NCBI GenBank assembly: GCA_028282505.1
Contig: JANQHV010000554.1
Coordinates: 1 to 53,974 of the forward strand
Direction of reading: 5' to 3'
DNA: 53,974 nt
Source: SAR324 cluster bacterium
GTDB taxonomy: Bacteria > SAR324 > NAC60-12
Position numbers and translations under genes: made by a program. This document shows, one piece after another, positions 10,336 through 19,310 of the stretch. The notes under the pieces are model-generated. The model saw nothing but the letters and a program-made list of their open reading frames with translations. It was not told the DNA's origin and did no database searches. How positions within the stretch are numbered: the stretch's first letter is position 1; each line of letters starts with the position of its first letter.

Positions 10336-10740
10336 TTGTTTTGCCGCTTAAAGCAGGAAGTTTATAATCCGACGACCAGGAAACAGATACTCCGATTTTT
10401 AGTTGCAGGGTTCTCAGCAGTGGGGACTGATACGATTGTATACTTTGTCTTGCTATCTGTACTCGGACATAATGTTGCCAAAACAATTTCTTTCATTTCA
10501 GGAAGTATTGTTGCCTTCCTAATTAACAAATTCTACACTTTTGAACAGCATCTTCTTTCCTGGCAAGAAGTCGTGCGTTTTGCTGTACTTTATATCAGCA
10601 CTCTCTTTGCCAATGTTGCGGTAAATGCCGGTGTTTTATGGATATTAACCGATTGGGTAAAGTTAGCATTTTTAATGGCTACAGGCACTTCGACGGTGCT
10701 TAATTTTTTAGGTCAAAAATTTTGGGTATTCAAGAAATGA
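10336..10740 (+). CDS. GtrA-family lipid-linked sugar flippase
   Basis: Four TM segments, RFLVAG....D, FLINKFYTF and NFLGQKFWVF. Confidence 0.9.
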   Translation: MFCRLKQEVYNPTTRKQILRFLVAGFSAVGTDTIVYFVLLSVLGHNVAKTISFISGSIVAFLINKFYTFEQHLLSWQEVVRFAVLYISTLFANVAVNAGVLWILTDWVKLAFLMATGTSTVLNFLGQKFWVFKK

Positions 10741-11477
10741 CAAAAACTCGATTTTCTATCATCATTCCATGTTATAATGAAGAAAAAAATATACCGTTGA
10801 ATTTGGAACGGTACAGTCAGGTCATTCAGCGCTCCGATATAGAATTGGTCATTGTCAATAACGGTTCAACCGATGGTTCTGCGCAAGTTTTGGAGGAACT
10901 CCTTCCTCAATACTCATTTGCCAGAGTTGTCAATGTCGAGAAAAATCAAGGATATGGTTTTGGTATTCTTTCCGGATTACGAGCTGCAAAAGGTGATTTT
11001 CTCGGGTGGACTCATGCTGACATGCAAACAGACCCGGCTGATGCTTTGACAGCATTTGCCATTATGGAACAACAGAAAAATCCGGAATTGACCTATGTCA
11101 AAGGGTTACGTGAAAATCGTCCCTGGATGGATGAATTTTTTACAAAAGGCATGAGTCTTTTTGAAACACTTTACCTGGGTCAAAAGTTATACGATATCAA
11201 CGCACAACCCAACCTATTTCATCGCTCTTTTTTTGAATCATGGAAAAATCCTCCCCATGATTTTTCCCTCGATTTGTACACATTCTATGAAGCCCGACGT
11301 CATCGTTTGAGAATCATTCGATTTTCCGTTCTATTCCCAGATCGTATTCATGGCGAATCCTCCTGGAATACGGGACTGGCGGCCAAATGGAAATTTATCA
11401 AGCGTACTTTAGACTTTAGTGTGAAACTGAAAAAAAGTTTAGGAACTCATGCACCTCATCTCACATCGCCGGAATAA
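10737..11477 (+). CDS. GT2 glycosyltransferase (DPM1/GtrB-like)
   Basis: SIIIPCYNEE, NNGSTDGS, NQGYG, HADMQTDP, R.HGES. The ATG overlaps the gtrA stop codon. Confidence 0.9.
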   Translation: MTKTRFSIIIPCYNEEKNIPLNLERYSQVIQRSDIELVIVNNGSTDGSAQVLEELLPQYSFARVVNVEKNQGYGFGILSGLRAAKGDFLGWTHADMQTDPADALTAFAIMEQQKNPELTYVKGLRENRPWMDEFFTKGMSLFETLYLGQKLYDINAQPNLFHRSFFESWKNPPHDFSLDLYTFYEARRHRLRIIRFSVLFPDRIHGESSWNTGLAAKWKFIKRTLDFSVKLKKSLGTHAPHLTSPE

Positions 11478-12030
11478 AATTCAAGAATTGATCGACACCC
11501 CCAAACAATATGGAGTTGAAATCGATTTACGCTCTTGGCAAAACACACTCATTCTTCAGCACGATCCTTTTGTGGAAGGTGAGCCCTTTACCGAGTGGAT
11601 AAAGCACTACGACCATGGCACCTTAATCTTAAATATCAAAGAAGAAGGCATTGAATATTTAGCAAAAGAAATTGTGGAAGCCCAAGGCATCCAGGATTAT
11701 TTCTTTCTCGACCTCTCTTTCCCATTTCTCATCAAAATGATGAAGACGGGAGAATCACGAATTGCAGCACGCTTTTCTGAATATGAATCCCTCGAAACCG
11801 TGTTAACACTCCGTGAAAAAATCGAATGGATTTGGGTAGATTGTTTTAATGATTTACCGCTGACTGAGGAAAACTACAATCAATTGAAAGAAGCGGGGTT
11901 TAAGCTTTGTCTGGTCTCTCCAGAACTCCAGGGAAGACCAGAAGAACTGAAAGCTTATCAGGAAACTCTTGAAAAAAATAGTTGGCGTTTTGACGCGGTT
12001 TGTACAAAAAGAGTGGACTTGTGGTCCTAG
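11449..12030 (+). CDS. GDPD/PI-PLC-like TIM-barrel phosphodiesterase family protein
   Basis: ISHRRN, GVEIDLR, HD, NIKEEG, WVD, VSPELQ, DAVCTK. Confidence 0.7.
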   Translation: MHLISHRRNKIQELIDTPKQYGVEIDLRSWQNTLILQHDPFVEGEPFTEWIKHYDHGTLILNIKEEGIEYLAKEIVEAQGIQDYFFLDLSFPFLIKMMKTGESRIAARFSEYESLETVLTLREKIEWIWVDCFNDLPLTEENYNQLKEAGFKLCLVSPELQGRPEELKAYQETLEKNSWRFDAVCTKRVDLWS

Positions 12031-12058
12031 CATAAAAAGTATTTAGAAAGGAAAAGAC

Positions 12059-12931
12059 TTGTTAAAAATAATTGAGGACCTTGGAGTTAAAAGAGCATTT
12101 TTAGAACTTAAAAAGCATAATACAGTTCCCTTATACGAAGCCTCAAAAAATTGGATAAAAAATAAACACATCCCATACCAATGGATTGTACCAGAGCAAT
12201 GGCAAAACTTCAAAACCAGCGATACTGTGTTTCTGTTTGGTTCAGGTCCCTCTATTAATGACATTACTGAAGAAGAATGGAAAATCATCAAAAGTCATGA
12301 TTCCTTTGGGTTGAATTTTGCGTTTTTGACTTACACTCCGATGACTTTTTTTTATTTGGGGTATGAGCCATCCTCTAAGCAGATTATATTAGATGCATTT
12401 AACGAAGAAATCCGCAAAATTTACAAAGACACTTTATGGTTTGTTCCCTCCAAAGTATTATGTCGACTGGTTCATCCCCGGACAATCCCTGAATTTTTTC
12501 CTCCTTCTCCCAAATTAGCAAATTTTAACTTACCTAATGCCATTTATTTAGAAGCAGATCGTCCTTTTCAAAGGGAAGATTTCCAAAATAGCTTGATGTA
12601 TCGTGGGGTGATGGGTGTAGGAATACATTTAGCCAATCAATTAGGATACCGCAACATTGTTCTCATGGGAGTTGATCTACACACTTATCATCATTTCTTT
12701 GATGATTTTGAAGTAACCAAAGAAGAGCGAAAAATCTATAATCAAAAAATGGCTCCAGGGAAAGTATTTGAAGCCATGATTCCAAAGTATGAAAAATATA
12801 GAACCATGGAAGAATATTATTATGCCTTGAATGAATTATACTTTCCATCCAAAGGAATGCACTTATATGTAGGCAACAAAAACAACATGTTGAGCCCTCG
12901 TATTCCTATTTTTCCTGAGTTTGATAAATGA
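12059..12931 (+). CDS. Maf/DUF115 or Cst-like putative glycosyltransferase
   Basis: FLFGSGPSI near the N-terminus and LGYRNIVLMGVDL near the C-terminus. Confidence 0.55.
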   Translation: MLKIIEDLGVKRAFLELKKHNTVPLYEASKNWIKNKHIPYQWIVPEQWQNFKTSDTVFLFGSGPSINDITEEEWKIIKSHDSFGLNFAFLTYTPMTFFYLGYEPSSKQIILDAFNEEIRKIYKDTLWFVPSKVLCRLVHPRTIPEFFPPSPKLANFNLPNAIYLEADRPFQREDFQNSLMYRGVMGVGIHLANQLGYRNIVLMGVDLHTYHHFFDDFEVTKEERKIYNQKMAPGKVFEAMIPKYEKYRTMEEYYYALNELYFPSKGMHLYVGNKNNMLSPRIPIFPEFDK

Positions 12932-13641
12932 CGTTTGATAAATATCAAAAATATGGGGCTTATCATTGGAATGACATAGACACTAGTACTTTCAAGCGAC
13001 TACTCAATCGTTCCCTTCCTTTGTACACACGCTATGATCAATGCCTTAAAAATATACCCTCAAACAGTGAATATGGTATTGAAATAGGTTGTGGTGACGG
13101 CGCATTGAGTTATTTGATTGCCCAACATGGAGTCAATAAAGTATTGGGGTGTGATACCGATCCTACTGCCATTGAACTGGCCCAAAACCAGGTAATGAAT
13201 TTACCACTCAAGCACAGGATTCAATTCGAATGCGCCCTCTTTGAAGATTGTAATATCCAAACAAGTAGTGTTGATGTTGTTGTACTTGCCGATGTGATTG
13301 AACATTTAGAAGACCCTATCTCTTTGTTAAAAGAAATTAAACGAGTCGGAAAAATTGGAGGAACACTAATAGTGACAACACCGAGGGCTCGCCCAGATAG
13401 ATTATGGGATACACATCATGTCACTGAATACACAGAAAATTCTTTAGAAGTTTTATTAAAACAATGTTTCTCTCACGTGGAAATCGTTGTGTTCATGCCT
13501 ATAGTTTTTTATCGCTTATACACTCGATTTCGAATCTGTCGCAACCTTTTTAATTTGTTTACTCAAATGGGGATCAATCCATTCAATTTCCGAATTCCTT
13601 TTCACAATCATGCCATGTTACTCGGCGTGTGCCATTTTTAA
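12928..13641 (+). CDS. Class I SAM-dependent methyltransferase
   Basis: IEIGCGDG, DVIEHL.DP, GG.LIVTTP. Confidence 0.9.
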   Translation: MTFDKYQKYGAYHWNDIDTSTFKRLLNRSLPLYTRYDQCLKNIPSNSEYGIEIGCGDGALSYLIAQHGVNKVLGCDTDPTAIELAQNQVMNLPLKHRIQFECALFEDCNIQTSSVDVVVLADVIEHLEDPISLLKEIKRVGKIGGTLIVTTPRARPDRLWDTHHVTEYTENSLEVLLKQCFSHVEIVVFMPIVFYRLYTRFRICRNLFNLFTQMGINPFNFRIPFHNHAMLLGVCHF

Positions 13642-13688
13642 ATATTTCTGCTCGCTATCTCGAATCCGATCTATACAAAATCTTACCA

Positions 13689-15077
13689 ATGGAAAAGCAC
13701 CGCTTCGCTCTACAAAGTTTACTATCACCTGCACAGGTCATCACTGAGGATATCCGGTCATTTGGTCATGACCGAATGCCACGTTATATTTCGGCTTCCA
13801 ATCCCATGATGGTGGTCTTGCCTCAAAGCACAGAGGAAGTCCAAAGCATTCTTCAGTATTGTACAAAACACCAGCTTCCCCTGGTACCATCTGGTGGACG
13901 CACTGGATTATCAGGAGGGGCCGTAGCAGCAAAGGGTGAAATTGTACTGTCGTTGTCTAAAATGAATCGTATTGTGGATATCGACCCCGTCAATCAATCG
14001 GTCACTTGTGAGGCAGGGGTGATTCAGGAGAATTTAGACCAAGCATTGGAACCTTATGGAGCAACATTACCATATACCTTAGGCTCTAAAGGTTCCTGTC
14101 AAATTGGAGGCAACGTTTCCACTAATGTAGGAGGATTGAAATATAGTGAATATGGCCCATTACGTAATTATGTCCTGGGTTTGGAAGTAGTGTTGGGCAA
14201 TGGTACGGTCTTGGATTTGAATCACAAAGTGCATAAAAACAATGCAGGAGTGGACCTCAAACAGCTTTTCATTGGAGCTGAAGGAATTTTAGGAATAATT
14301 ACTCAGATCACCCTCAAATATGTTAACAACGATCCCCATTTTCATTTGTTCATGTTGGGGACACACTCAATGGATCAAGCCGTAGAAAGTGTGCTAACAC
14401 TCAAAAGGCGAAGGTTTACACTGAAAGCGGTAGAATTTCTTTCAAGGAACTGTTTAGAATCGGTGGTTGGAAACATACCTTCCATGAAAGATCCATTCCT
14501 GACTCCTCATAATTTTTATCTTTTATTTCAGATCAATGCCCGCCAGCATGAGGAGATATCGGTCTTTGACGTGTGCAATGATTTACTGGAACAAAACTTG
14601 GCCCAAGATTGTGTATTTGCGCAAAGCACTATGGAACGTCGACTATTGTGGGATTTGCGGGAGAACATTTCCGAAAGTTTGAATCAACGAGGTGCGGTAC
14701 ATCGCAATGATTTAGCATTGCCCTTGAGTCAGTTATCAGATTTTGTTAAAGCGCTGGATACTTTGATCCAAAAAGAATACTCTCCCTTTCAGGTCTATCG
14801 CTATGGACATTTAGGGGACGGTAACATTCATTTGAATATCCTTGCTCCCTCAAATTATGCACAAGAACGATTTGAGAAACGTTGCGATGTTTTGGATGAA
14901 CGATTGTTCCAACTGGTTCACGAATTCGGAGGTGCAATTAGTGCTGAGCATGGTATTGGCCTATTACGCAAACCATATGTGTCACTGACAAAATCCCCTG
15001 AAGAACTCTCCCTACTCCAGCAGCTCAAAACAATTTTTGATCCACACGGTATCCTCAATCCTGGTAAGGTAATTTGA
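13689..15077 (+). CDS. FAD-linked oxidoreductase, D-2-hydroxyacid dehydrogenase (D2HGDH/GlcD) family
   Basis: GGRTGLSGG, CQIGGNVSTNVGG, KNNAGVDLKQLFIGAEG, GHLGDGNIH, SAEHGIG, DPHGILNPGK. Confidence 0.9.
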   Translation: MEKHRFALQSLLSPAQVITEDIRSFGHDRMPRYISASNPMMVVLPQSTEEVQSILQYCTKHQLPLVPSGGRTGLSGGAVAAKGEIVLSLSKMNRIVDIDPVNQSVTCEAGVIQENLDQALEPYGATLPYTLGSKGSCQIGGNVSTNVGGLKYSEYGPLRNYVLGLEVVLGNGTVLDLNHKVHKNNAGVDLKQLFIGAEGILGIITQITLKYVNNDPHFHLFMLGTHSMDQAVESVLTLKRRRFTLKAVEFLSRNCLESVVGNIPSMKDPFLTPHNFYLLFQINARQHEEISVFDVCNDLLEQNLAQDCVFAQSTMERRLLWDLRENISESLNQRGAVHRNDLALPLSQLSDFVKALDTLIQKEYSPFQVYRYGHLGDGNIHLNILAPSNYAQERFEKRCDVLDERLFQLVHEFGGAISAEHGIGLLRKPYVSLTKSPEELSLLQQLKTIFDPHGILNPGKVI

Positions 15078-15099
15078 CCTGATAAAAAGCAAGCCTCCC

Positions 15100-16854
15100 A
15101 TGTTACAGCGATTTAAAATCTTATACTTACTGTGGGGACTGTTGAAGCACCACAAAGTACAATTTTTGTTATGCCTGTTTTTTGTATTTTTGAATTCTAT
15201 CCTGCTCGGGGGAATTTTAAGTTTTTTAATGCCCGTGATTAATCAGTTTTTTGCACTAGATACGGTTGTTACTAAAACAAACAACGGATATTTTGGAAAA
15301 ATTTTAAACATTTACCAAAGTATCATACGTGATTTTGAGTATAAGGAATTAATTGCCATTGGAGTGCTTTTTCTAATGATGATCGTGAATTCAACGGTTA
15401 AATTTTTGATTATCTATGTCAATAGTGGTTTGATGGCAAATATGACATACGAATTCCGCAGGCAGATTTATTGGATTATCCAAAAGTTGCGATTTGTTGA
15501 AGTTTCCACAGAAGCAAAAGGCACCTTCATTCAACTCATTATCACGGAAACCAAAAGCATCAACAATTTATTCAAACATGGACTTTTACTGATTACAGCA
15601 ACTGTCAATGCTTGTATCATTGCGTTATTGTTAATGCTTCTTTCATGGAAAATGTGTGTGGGGCTATTATTGGGCTACCTCGTTGTGCTTTATATCAATT
15701 CATACATCATTCGAGGAATAAAGATTCTGGGAAAGGAGGCCCTTAATTTGCGATCGGAGCTGGCAAATCATATTACAGAAGGGATCTGGGGACTGAAGCA
15801 ATTAAAGATAATACAGGCCGAAGCACTGGAGAAACAAAAAATAAACCAGGTGTCATTTCGCTCAGAATTCAAAGCACGGACACTCGTCGTCAAAAATGGT
15901 TTACTCAAATTTACCTCCCAAAGCCTTTCTACCATTTTGGTCTTTATCATTTTTGTTTTGTGGTTTTATTTTCCAGTTTTGTCGGAAGATATACCCCGCA
16001 AAGCAGGATTTTTAACATTTTTGATTCTGTTGAGCCGACTGGCACCTCATGTCAATGCCATTTCCAGTAATTACGGTCAATTGTCTTCCATCTTGCCTTC
16101 CATTTTACGACTTCATGAGTTTTATACAAAAGAACTCGAACCCGAGCAGAGTGGTTCTTTAAAGCCTGAGCCTTTTTTGCAAGAAGAAATTCATCTGCAA
16201 AATGTTGAATTTGGATATCTTGACGATAAGCCAATACTCAAGGGTATCAATTTAAAAATACAAAAGGGTGCCTACATTGGGATTGTCGGAAATTCTGGTG
16301 GAGGCAAATCAACTTTGTTGAACTTATTTCCTCGCCTTTATGCTCCTGATAAAGGAAAAATTTTGATTGATAATGTAAATGTCGAAGAATTCGATCTATC
16401 GTACCTTCGCGCAAAAATTGGGATAATTTCACAAGATTTTGTTCTATTCAATACAACGATTCGTGAAAATCTAGCCCTGGGCAAACCACAAGCTTCTGAA
16501 GAAGAATTATGGCAGGCGCTTGAAAAATCAGGTTTACAGCAATTTGTTCAGGCTCAGGAGGATGGCCTTGATTATCAGGTCGGAAACAATGGTAGTAAAT
16601 TATCAGGGGGCCAACGTCAACGCTTATCATTGGCCTCCCTGTTTTTACAAGACCTGGAGTTAATTATCCTGGATGAGGGGACGAGTTCTGTTGATCCCGA
16701 AACAGAAAGGCATATCTTAAATTCTTTACAAGAACTGCATAAAAAAGGGATCACGATTATTTCCATTGCCCATAAAGAAAGCGCATTGGCTGATGCAGAA
16801 TGTATTTATGAATTGAGTGAAGGTCACTTACAACTAAAATCTCCTGCAGTGTGA
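15100..16854 (+). CDS. ABC exporter, fused permease and ATPase (MsbA/PglK-like), copy 1
   Basis: Six-TM N-terminal domain, Walker A GNSGGGKS, LSGGQRQR, ILDEGTS, IAH. Confidence 0.9.
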   Translation: MLQRFKILYLLWGLLKHHKVQFLLCLFFVFLNSILLGGILSFLMPVINQFFALDTVVTKTNNGYFGKILNIYQSIIRDFEYKELIAIGVLFLMMIVNSTVKFLIIYVNSGLMANMTYEFRRQIYWIIQKLRFVEVSTEAKGTFIQLIITETKSINNLFKHGLLLITATVNACIIALLLMLLSWKMCVGLLLGYLVVLYINSYIIRGIKILGKEALNLRSELANHITEGIWGLKQLKIIQAEALEKQKINQVSFRSEFKARTLVVKNGLLKFTSQSLSTILVFIIFVLWFYFPVLSEDIPRKAGFLTFLILLSRLAPHVNAISSNYGQLSSILPSILRLHEFYTKELEPEQSGSLKPEPFLQEEIHLQNVEFGYLDDKPILKGINLKIQKGAYIGIVGNSGGGKSTLLNLFPRLYAPDKGKILIDNVNVEEFDLSYLRAKIGIISQDFVLFNTTIRENLALGKPQASEEELWQALEKSGLQQFVQAQEDGLDYQVGNNGSKLSGGQRQRLSLASLFLQDLELIILDEGTSSVDPETERHILNSLQELHKKGITIISIAHKESALADAECIYELSEGHLQLKSPAV

Positions 16855-16943
16855 TCCTTAAATATCCTATTTAATTCTTTTTCGATAATGAGAATGATGT
16901 GATCCAAATTGAAGTCATCGTACCTGTTTCATCAGCTATTCCC

Positions 16944-17298
16944 ACAAAAAGGAGTCCGTTGTTGGTTTGCGCATGAAGATATGAAAATTGGTGACAAAAT
17001 ACAGCAAACGATTACCGATTCTATTCGCGTGTATGACAAACTCTTGTTGATCTTTTCTGATAATTTTGTGGAGAGTGAATGGGTTGAAAAAGAGGTGGAA
17101 ATGGCTTTTAAAGAAGAACGTCAACGCAAAATGACTGCTTTGTTTCCAGTTCGTTTGGATAGGGCTGTCATGGAAACCAGTCAAGCCTGGGCGGAAGATA
17201 TCTATAATTCTCGTCATATTGGCGATTTTACCAATTGGAAAGACCATGATTCGTACCAAAAAGGGTTTGATCGATTGTTACGAGATTTGAAATACTAA
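16944..17298 (+). pseudogene. 5'-truncated TIR domain gene
   Basis: From QKGVRCWFA onward it parallels the TIR domain of 17894-18901 but lacks the FISYS strand and first helix, and has no credible start. The last 82 bp are 80/82 identical to 18814-18895. Confidence 0.8.
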
Positions 17299-17332
17299 CG
17301 ATGAGTTCAGTATCTCGCCTGTTGGAATGGCT

Positions 17333-17418
17333 TATTAGAGCGGGGGAAGGCAATAACTTGTGGTGAGCGGTACAAATTGATATAGTGACGGATTGATAAC
17401 CGTTGCTGTAGAGGATAG
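17333..17418 (+). repeat. R1 repeat copy 1 (structured intergenic element; other copies 18942-19027 and 20776-20858)
   Basis: Shared core AGGCAATAACTTGTGGT followed by hairpin TAGTGACGG/CCGTTGCTG (17383-17408) and GAGGATAG. Confidence 0.85.
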
Positions 17419-17474
17419 TCAAAAATCACCTAAGGCACAACGGCACTCATCCTATATAAAAAGAAGGATATCCA

Positions 17475-17753
17475 ATGAGCACAATGATTGCAGAAGTTTA
17501 TGAGGCCCTTAAAGAAGCTGGGGCTTCTGAAGAGAAATCAAAAGCAGCATCACAGGCCATTGCTGATTATGAGGAACGTATTAGTAAAGCTAATATATCC
17601 ATGCGTGAATTGGATAAAAAAATGGAAGTGGGGTTTGCTGAAATGAAAATCCAACTGACGAAAATTGATGGTGAGATTCGTGTACTCAAGTGGATGCTTG
17701 GTGTGCTCATCGCTGGTATCGTCTCATTGATTCTGAAATCGTTTTTAATATAG
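17475..17753 (+). CDS. Small coiled-coil protein with C-terminal TM helix (DUF1640/CCDC90-like)
   Basis: YEALKEAGASEEKSKA start, heptad region, LKWMLGVLIAGIVSLI tail, AAGGA ribosome-binding site. Confidence 0.7.
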   Translation: MSTMIAEVYEALKEAGASEEKSKAASQAIADYEERISKANISMRELDKKMEVGFAEMKIQLTKIDGEIRVLKWMLGVLIAGIVSLILKSFLI

Positions 17754-17763
17754 TAAAAGCCTA

Positions 17764-17962
17764 ATCAACGGTTATCAATAATTATCTGAGACACAACGGC
17801 ACTCATTGAGAGTACGCTATGAGGAAACGGTGGGTGGTGAAATTCAGTATATTAATAAATGAATGTTGAGATTCACTCAACTTGGAAACTAAAATGGCCA
17901 ACGAACTGAGACAAATCAGCGAATCAGAACTCCAGGAAATCCTGAATAAGCATGAGGAGTGG
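17764..17962 (+). repeat. Leader plus N-cap direct repeat copy 1 (copy 2 at 19311-19510)
   Basis: About 130 nt of non-coding leader plus the first ~23 codons are nearly identical between copies. Its 31-bp sub-motif TCAAAAATCACCTGAGACACAACGGCACTCA also occurs, slightly varied, at 17419-17449. Confidence 0.95.
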
Positions 17963-18901
17963 CTGGAGTCTAAGCAAACAAAAGGCGAGCAAGCTGATCT
18001 CATTGAAGCCAATCTCAGTTACACCGATCCCACTGGTGCCGATCTCAGGAAAGCCAATCTCACTGGTGCCAATCTCATTGAAGCCGATCTCACTGGTGCC
18101 AATCTCAGGGGAGCCAATCTCAGGGGAGCCTATCTCATTGAAGCCGATCTCAGGGAAACCGATCTTTTTGAAGCCGATCTCAAGGGAGCCAATCTCAGGG
18201 GAGCCAATCTCAGTGAAGTCAATCTCAGTGAAGTCAATCTCAGTGAAGTCAATCTCAGTGAAGCCCATCTCTGGAACACTATTTTTGCTGATGTGGATCT
18301 TCGAGAAGTGAAGAGGCTTGAAACTGTCAAGCACCGTGGACCATCTACCATAGGACTTGATACCATTTATCGATCACAAGGAAAGATTCCCGAAGTGTTT
18401 TTGAGAGGCTGCGGGGTTCCTGATAACTTTATTGAATACATGCACTCGCTCACTGGATCAGCGATTGAGTTTTATTCCTGCTTTATCAGTTACTCCAGCA
18501 AGGATGAGGATTTTGCACAACGGCTTCATGCGGATTTACAGCAAAAAGGAGTCCGTTGTTGGTTTGCACCAGAAGACATGAAAATAGGTGATAAAATACG
18601 ACAAACCATCACAGATTCTATTCGAGTGCATGACAAACTCTTGTTGATCCTTTCTGACAATTCTGTAGAAAGTGAATGGGTTGAAGATGAGGTAGAAGAC
18701 GCTCTGGAACAAGAAAAGAAACGTAATGGTAAACCAAATGTTTTATTTCCAGTTCGTATCGACGATACAGTAATGAACACGAATCATGCTTTTGCCGCTA
18801 AAATACGTCGAACTCGTCACATTGGCGATTTTACCAATTGGAAAAACCATGATTCGTACCAAAAAGGGTTTGATCGATTGTTACGAGATTTGAAAGCCTA
18901 A
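17894..18901 (+). CDS. Pentapeptide-repeat protein with C-terminal TIR domain
   Basis: N-cap ELQEILNKHEEW, about 20 A(D/N)Lxx repeats, then FISYSSKD...SEWVEDE with the WxxxE catalytic Glu position retained. Confidence 0.92.
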   Translation: MANELRQISESELQEILNKHEEWLESKQTKGEQADLIEANLSYTDPTGADLRKANLTGANLIEADLTGANLRGANLRGAYLIEADLRETDLFEADLKGANLRGANLSEVNLSEVNLSEVNLSEAHLWNTIFADVDLREVKRLETVKHRGPSTIGLDTIYRSQGKIPEVFLRGCGVPDNFIEYMHSLTGSAIEFYSCFISYSSKDEDFAQRLHADLQQKGVRCWFAPEDMKIGDKIRQTITDSIRVHDKLLLILSDNSVESEWVEDEVEDALEQEKKRNGKPNVLFPVRIDDTVMNTNHAFAAKIRRTRHIGDFTNWKNHDSYQKGFDRLLRDLKA

Positions 18902-18941
18902 TGAACAAATTCAGCAGTGCTTGCACCTGCTGGAATTTTAT

Positions 18942-19027
18942 GATTAGGCGGGGTAAGGCAATAACTTGTGGTGAGTGGTACAAGTTGATACAGTGGCGGT
19001 ATTGATAACCGTTGCTGTAGAGGATAG
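18942..19027 (+). repeat. R1 repeat copy 2, ending in the RBS of the HTH gene
   Basis: Hairpin CAGTGGCGGT/ACCGTTGCTG at 18991-19017, then GAGGATAG and the ATG. Confidence 0.85.
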
Positions 19028-19261
19028 ATGAGGAAAAAGTATATGACCGTTGAAGAGTTAACTGTATTCACAAAAGAAAAAGTAAAACAAGCTGGCATGA
19101 CTCAAGTGTTTTTGGCGCAAGAATTGGGAGTAACTAAAGCGACGATCAACCATGCTCTGAATCGTGCTCAATCTCAATATAATGGAACGCGGGCTAAAAT
19201 CCTTAAGCACTTGGGATATAAATTGAGCGATCCTGCTTACACGGTCGAGAAGGTATATTGA
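19028..19261 (+). CDS. Small XRE/Cro-like HTH protein
   Basis: GMTQVFLAQELGVTKATINHAL helix-turn-helix. Confidence 0.85.
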   Translation: MRKKYMTVEELTVFTKEKVKQAGMTQVFLAQELGVTKATINHALNRAQSQYNGTRAKILKHLGYKLSDPAYTVEKVY

Positions 19262-19279
19262 TTTAGCTTACTTTAGAGC

Positions 19280-19308
19280 TTGACATGTATATCAAATTAA
19301 CCTACTTT
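19280..19308 (+). promoter_or_regulatory. Sigma70-type promoter with overlapping imperfect palindrome
   Basis: TTGACA-N17-TACTTT starting 19 bp after the HTH stop. TTGACATGTATATCAA (19280-19295) is an imperfect inverted repeat. Confidence 0.65.
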
Positions 19309-19310
19309 TA

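Noticed and set aside
17990-18270. 15-bp tandem repeats as a CRISPR array
   Set aside because: No unique spacers, in-frame coding periodicity, and no cas genes in the window.
16944-18901. TIR duplicate as a DGR template/variable repeat pair
   Set aside because: Mismatches involve all four bases and include an indel, so they are not adenine-specific. There is no reverse transcriptase in the window.
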